From contig JAZJZK010000041.1 of the NCBI GenBank assembly GCA_040389905.1, positions 1 through 64,000 on the forward strand: a DNA stretch of 64,000 bases, written 5' to 3'. The notes below the pieces were generated by a model. The model was not told the origin of the DNA. It did no database searches and saw only the letters and a program-made list of their open reading frames with translations. The stretch is from Gemmatimonadota bacterium (GTDB taxonomy: Bacteria; Gemmatimonadota; Gemmatimonadetes; Gemmatimonadales; Gemmatimonadaceae). Numbering within the stretch: the stretch's first letter is position 1; each line of letters begins with the position of its first letter. Positions 60,666 through 64,000 of this stretch are shown here, one piece after another. Position numbers and translations under genes: made by a program.

Positions 60666-61657
60666 AGCGCCCGATCGCGTATATCGCCGGAACGGGTCGC
60701 GGAATCCCCTCGCGAGTGATGACGAATCACGAGTTTGCGGCGATGGGGCTCGAAACCGATCACGACTGGATCGTCGAGCGCACCGGTATCGTTGAGCGCC
60801 ATATCGCGAGTAGTGCGGAGACCACCTGCGTCATGGCGGAGCAGGCATCCCGGCAGGCGATGGCGCGCGCCGGCGTTGCCCCCGGGGAGATCGACGCGAT
60901 CGTGTTGAGCACGGCAACGCCCGACCGCCTGCTTCCCTCGACCGCCGTGGACCTTCAGGCGTGCCTCGGTGCGACTCGCGCGGCCGCCTTCGACATCTCG
61001 GCGGCGTGCACGGGCTGGATTTACGGCATGACCGTGGCCGAGGGTCTCATGCACTCCGGCGTCGTTGAAACGGCACTCGTTGTTGGTGCAGAGAAGATGA
61101 GCGCGATCGTCGATTGGAAGGACCGGTCGACGTGCGTACTTTTCGGCGATGGGGCGGGCGCCGTGGTGCTCAAGCGCAACAAAGCGCATCCCGCCAAGGG
61201 CATCTTGAGCTCGTACATGCGGAGCGATGGAACGCTCGCGGAGCTGCTCTGGCGCCCGAGTGGCGGAGCAAAGGTGCCCTTCAGCGAGGCAGTCCTCGAA
61301 GACCGCTCCAGCTTTGTCCGCATGGGGGGCCGAGAAACGTTCAAACACGCCGTCCGGTCGATGAGCGAGGCATGCGACCGCGCGCTGGATGGCGCCAGGT
61401 TGCGCGGAGATGACATTGACATTCTCATCCCGCATCAGGCGAATGTCCGGATCATCGAGGCGACCGCCAAGTACGCCAATCTCCCGATGGAGAAGGTCTA
61501 CGTGAACGTGGATCGGTACGGCAATACATCATCTGCATCCATTCCCATCGCGCTCGATGAAGCGATCGAATCAGGCCGAGTGAAGGAAGGCACCACAGCG
61601 CTCATGGTCGCGTTTGGGGCGGGTTACACGTGGGGTTCGATGGTGGTTCGGTTCTAG
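60662..61657 (+). CDS. fabH: Beta-ketoacyl-ACP synthase III
   Basis: WIVERTGI, AACTG, FGDGAGA, PHQAN, YGNTSSAS. Confidence 0.97.
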   Translation: MKRPIAYIAGTGRGIPSRVMTNHEFAAMGLETDHDWIVERTGIVERHIASSAETTCVMAEQASRQAMARAGVAPGEIDAIVLSTATPDRLLPSTAVDLQACLGATRAAAFDISAACTGWIYGMTVAEGLMHSGVVETALVVGAEKMSAIVDWKDRSTCVLFGDGAGAVVLKRNKAHPAKGILSSYMRSDGTLAELLWRPSGGAKVPFSEAVLEDRSSFVRMGGRETFKHAVRSMSEACDRALDGARLRGDDIDILIPHQANVRIIEATAKYANLPMEKVYVNVDRYGNTSSASIPIALDEAIESGRVKEGTTALMVAFGAGYTWGSMVVRF

Positions 61658-61660
61658 GCC

Positions 61661-62605
61661 ATGAGAGACATCGTACTACTGTTTCCGGGTCAGGGGTCGC
61701 AGGCGCCGGGCATGGGTCAGGACTTGGTGAATTCCTATCCCGCCGCGCGGGCGGTTTTTGCTGCCGCCGAGGAAACCCTTGGCATTCCGCTAAGCCAGCT
61801 CTGTTTCGCGGGGCCCGCGGACGAGCTGATGCTCACGATGAACGCGCAGCCGGCGTTGTTGACGCATGGCGCCGCCGTGTGGGCCGTGATTCGCGACAAC
61901 ATCCGGGACGGCGCGGTCGTGGCGGCGGCAGGTCATTCGCTTGGCGAGTTCACCGCCTATCATGCGGCCGATGCGATGATGCTGCCCGAGGCGGTTGCAC
62001 TGGTGCGGAAGCGCGGGGAACTGATGTATGACGCAGGAGTCCGGAGGCCCGGCGCAATGGCCGCCATCCTCGGCGACATGGACCTTTCCGGCGACGAACT
62101 GTGCGCACTGGCGGCGACGGATGGCGTCGTCGTCCCTGCAAACTTCAACTGCCCCGGGCAGCTGGTGATCAGCGGGGAAGTGGCGTGCGTTGAGCGAGCG
62201 ATGGTCCTGGCCAAGGAACATGGCGCCAAGCGTGCCATCCGATTGAACGTCAGCGGCGCGTTTCATTCGCCATTGCTCGCGGATGCCGCCGGTGGCCTCG
62301 CCAAGTCGCTCGACTTGGCGCATTTGGCGGATCCGCGCTTCCCGGTGTACGCGAATGTGAACGGCCAACCTGTTACAGATGCTGCACTTGCGCGGCGTCT
62401 GCTGGTCGAGCAGTTGACGGCACCTGTCCAGTGGACGCGTGAAATCCAGGCGATTGCGGCCCTTCACCCGGATGCCCTCTACGTCGAGATGGGTCCGGGG
62501 TCGGTGCTCAAGGGGCTGGTCAAGAAAATCGCGCCGAGCCTCTCCGTGGTCACGTGTGGAACAGCTGCTGAAGTCGAGTCACTGCTTGCCTTGGTGAACA
62601 CATGA
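61661..62605 (+). CDS. fabD: Malonyl-CoA-ACP transacylase
   Basis: FPGQGSQ, GHSLGE, SGAFHS. Confidence 0.97.
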   Translation: MRDIVLLFPGQGSQAPGMGQDLVNSYPAARAVFAAAEETLGIPLSQLCFAGPADELMLTMNAQPALLTHGAAVWAVIRDNIRDGAVVAAAGHSLGEFTAYHAADAMMLPEAVALVRKRGELMYDAGVRRPGAMAAILGDMDLSGDELCALAATDGVVVPANFNCPGQLVISGEVACVERAMVLAKEHGAKRAIRLNVSGAFHSPLLADAAGGLAKSLDLAHLADPRFPVYANVNGQPVTDAALARRLLVEQLTAPVQWTREIQAIAALHPDALYVEMGPGSVLKGLVKKIAPSLSVVTCGTAAEVESLLALVNT

Positions 62606-63339
62606 AGATCGACCTGACGGGAAAGACGGCGCTCGTGACGGGGAGTACGCGCGGAATCGGCAATGCCATCGCCACCACGCTTGCTGCCGCGGGGGCACGC
62701 GTCGCGGTGGTCGGTCGTGAGCAGGCCAAGGCTGCCGAAGTCGCGGCTGGCTTGGGCGGCGGCGCCGCCGGCTTTGGCGCTGATGTGAGCGATTCGGCTT
62801 CTGTCGTCGCACTCGTCACGGGCGTCGAAGAGGCCTTCGGCCAGATCGACATCCTTGTCAACAACGCCGGCCTCACGCGCGACAATATCCTGTTCCGGAT
62901 CAAGGACGACGACTGGGATATGGTGCTCGATGCGAATCTGCGCGGTGCGTTCATCGCCATTCGTGCGGCGTCCCGCGGCATGATGAAGCGGCGCTGGGGA
63001 CGCATCATCAACATCGCCAGCATCGTTGGCATCACGGGCAACAAGGGGCAGGCCAACTATGCGGCCAGCAAGGCGGGGTTGATCGGCCTCACGAAATCGG
63101 TCGCCAAGGAGCTCGGGTCGCGCAACATTCTTGTCAACGCCGTCGCCCCGGGTTTTATCGAGACAGACATGACGGCGGCGATGACCCCAGAAGCGCGCGC
63201 GGCGCTATCAGGACAGATTCCGCTGGACCGCTTGGGGAGTCCACAGGACATTGCCGGCACGGTGGCTTTCCTGGCCTCGGACTACGCCTCGTACATCACC
63301 GGGCAGGTGCTCGTGGTGGACGGGGGTATGGTCATGTGA
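62602..63339 (+). CDS. fabG: 3-oxoacyl-ACP reductase
   Basis: TGSTRGIG, NNAG, YAASK, PGFIETDMT. Confidence 0.97.
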   Translation: MKIDLTGKTALVTGSTRGIGNAIATTLAAAGARVAVVGREQAKAAEVAAGLGGGAAGFGADVSDSASVVALVTGVEEAFGQIDILVNNAGLTRDNILFRIKDDDWDMVLDANLRGAFIAIRAASRGMMKRRWGRIINIASIVGITGNKGQANYAASKAGLIGLTKSVAKELGSRNILVNAVAPGFIETDMTAAMTPEARAALSGQIPLDRLGSPQDIAGTVAFLASDYASYITGQVLVVDGGMVM

Positions 63340-63416
63340 TGAATCCCGCCAAGTGACAATACTGCAGAACTTTCGCTAACTTTCACGCGTTCTTCACCCT
63401 ACAGGAGCAACATCCA

Positions 63417-63656
63417 ATGGCCGACAACGCCAAGAAGGTCCGGGACATCATCGAGAAGGAGCTCGGCGTCGAGCGCGATAAGATGACCGATGAAGCGAGC
63501 TTCATCGAAGATCTCGGAGCGGACAGCCTCGACATCGTCGAACTCGTGATGGAATTCGAGAAGGAATTCAACATCGACATTCCTGACGAAGACGCGGAGA
63601 AGCTCCGTACCGTCGGAGACGCCGTCGCCTATTTGAACGGCAAGGTCGGCGAGTAA
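63417..63656 (+). CDS. acpP: Acyl carrier protein
   Basis: [14 protein letters not shown]. Confidence 0.98.
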   Translation: MADNAKKVRDIIEKELGVERDKMTDEASFIEDLGADSLDIVELVMEFEKEFNIDIPDEDAEKLRTVGDAVAYLNGKVGE

Positions 63657-64000
63657 TGCGTCGTCGGGTCGTCGTCACTGGTCTCGGTGCGGTGACGCCC
63701 GTCGGCAACGACGTGGCGACGACTTGGCGCGCCCTGTTGGATGGCGTGTCGGGGGCAGCTCCCATCACGAAGTTCGATCCCACGACGTTCCCCGTGCGGT
63801 TTGCGTGCGAGCTGAAAGGCTTCGATCCGTTGAAGGCAATGGAACGAAAGGAAGCCAAGCGCGCAGACCCGTATGCACAGTACGCCGTTGCGGCGTCCGT
63901 CGAAGCCATGGCAGATGCCGGCCTCACACTCGGCAACTATGATGTCGATCGTATCGGCGTCATCGTCGGCAGTGGCATCGGTGGCCTCAAGAGTTTCGAG
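63656..64000 (+). CDS. fabF: Beta-ketoacyl-ACP synthase II (partial, runs off the window)
   Basis: TAATG overlap with acp[20 protein letters not shown]...GSGIGG. Confidence 0.95.
   Translation, partial: MRRRVVVTGLGAVTPVGNDVATTWRALLDGVSGAAPITKFDPTTFPVRFACELKGFDPLKAMERKEAKRADPYAQYAVAASVEAMADAGLTLGNYDVDRIGVIVGSGIGGLKSFE

Overview
High-GC bacterial DNA, probably Gemmatimonadota (inferred from protein style and gene order; not verified). The left half (1-33.5 kb) is accessory cell-surface and polysaccharide DNA. It opens with a degraded RCC1-repeat pseudogene and a candidate cohesin-dockerin surface system: a 2695-aa putative lipoprotein scaffold with 3 near-identical cohesin-like modules spaced by 17 Ig-like repeats, two small stand-alone cohesin-like proteins, and a convergent secreted cohesin-dockerin-Ig-HExxH metalloprotease. 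Next comes a glucan locus bounded by two BcsA-like GT2/PilZ synthases, containing a PIG-L deacetylase, a DUF5009/HGSNAT-like acyltransferase, GH3, GH15, a BcsS-like beta-barrel, DUF3131, GH6, dcd and a PEP-CTERM protein; bcsB, bcsC and bcsZ are absent from the window. The right half is housekeeping: nuoA-N (with a sigma70 promoter and a Rex-like operator), PMM/PGM, UPF0182, sucCD, an EIIA-CBS protein, ndk, a TonB-dependent receptor, and yceD-rpmF-plsX-fabH-fabD-fabG-acpP-fabF (partial). Two families of intergenic palindromic elements are dispersed through the window. No tRNA, rRNA, CRISPR array or transposase was recognised. All domain calls are by eye from motifs; no database searches were run.
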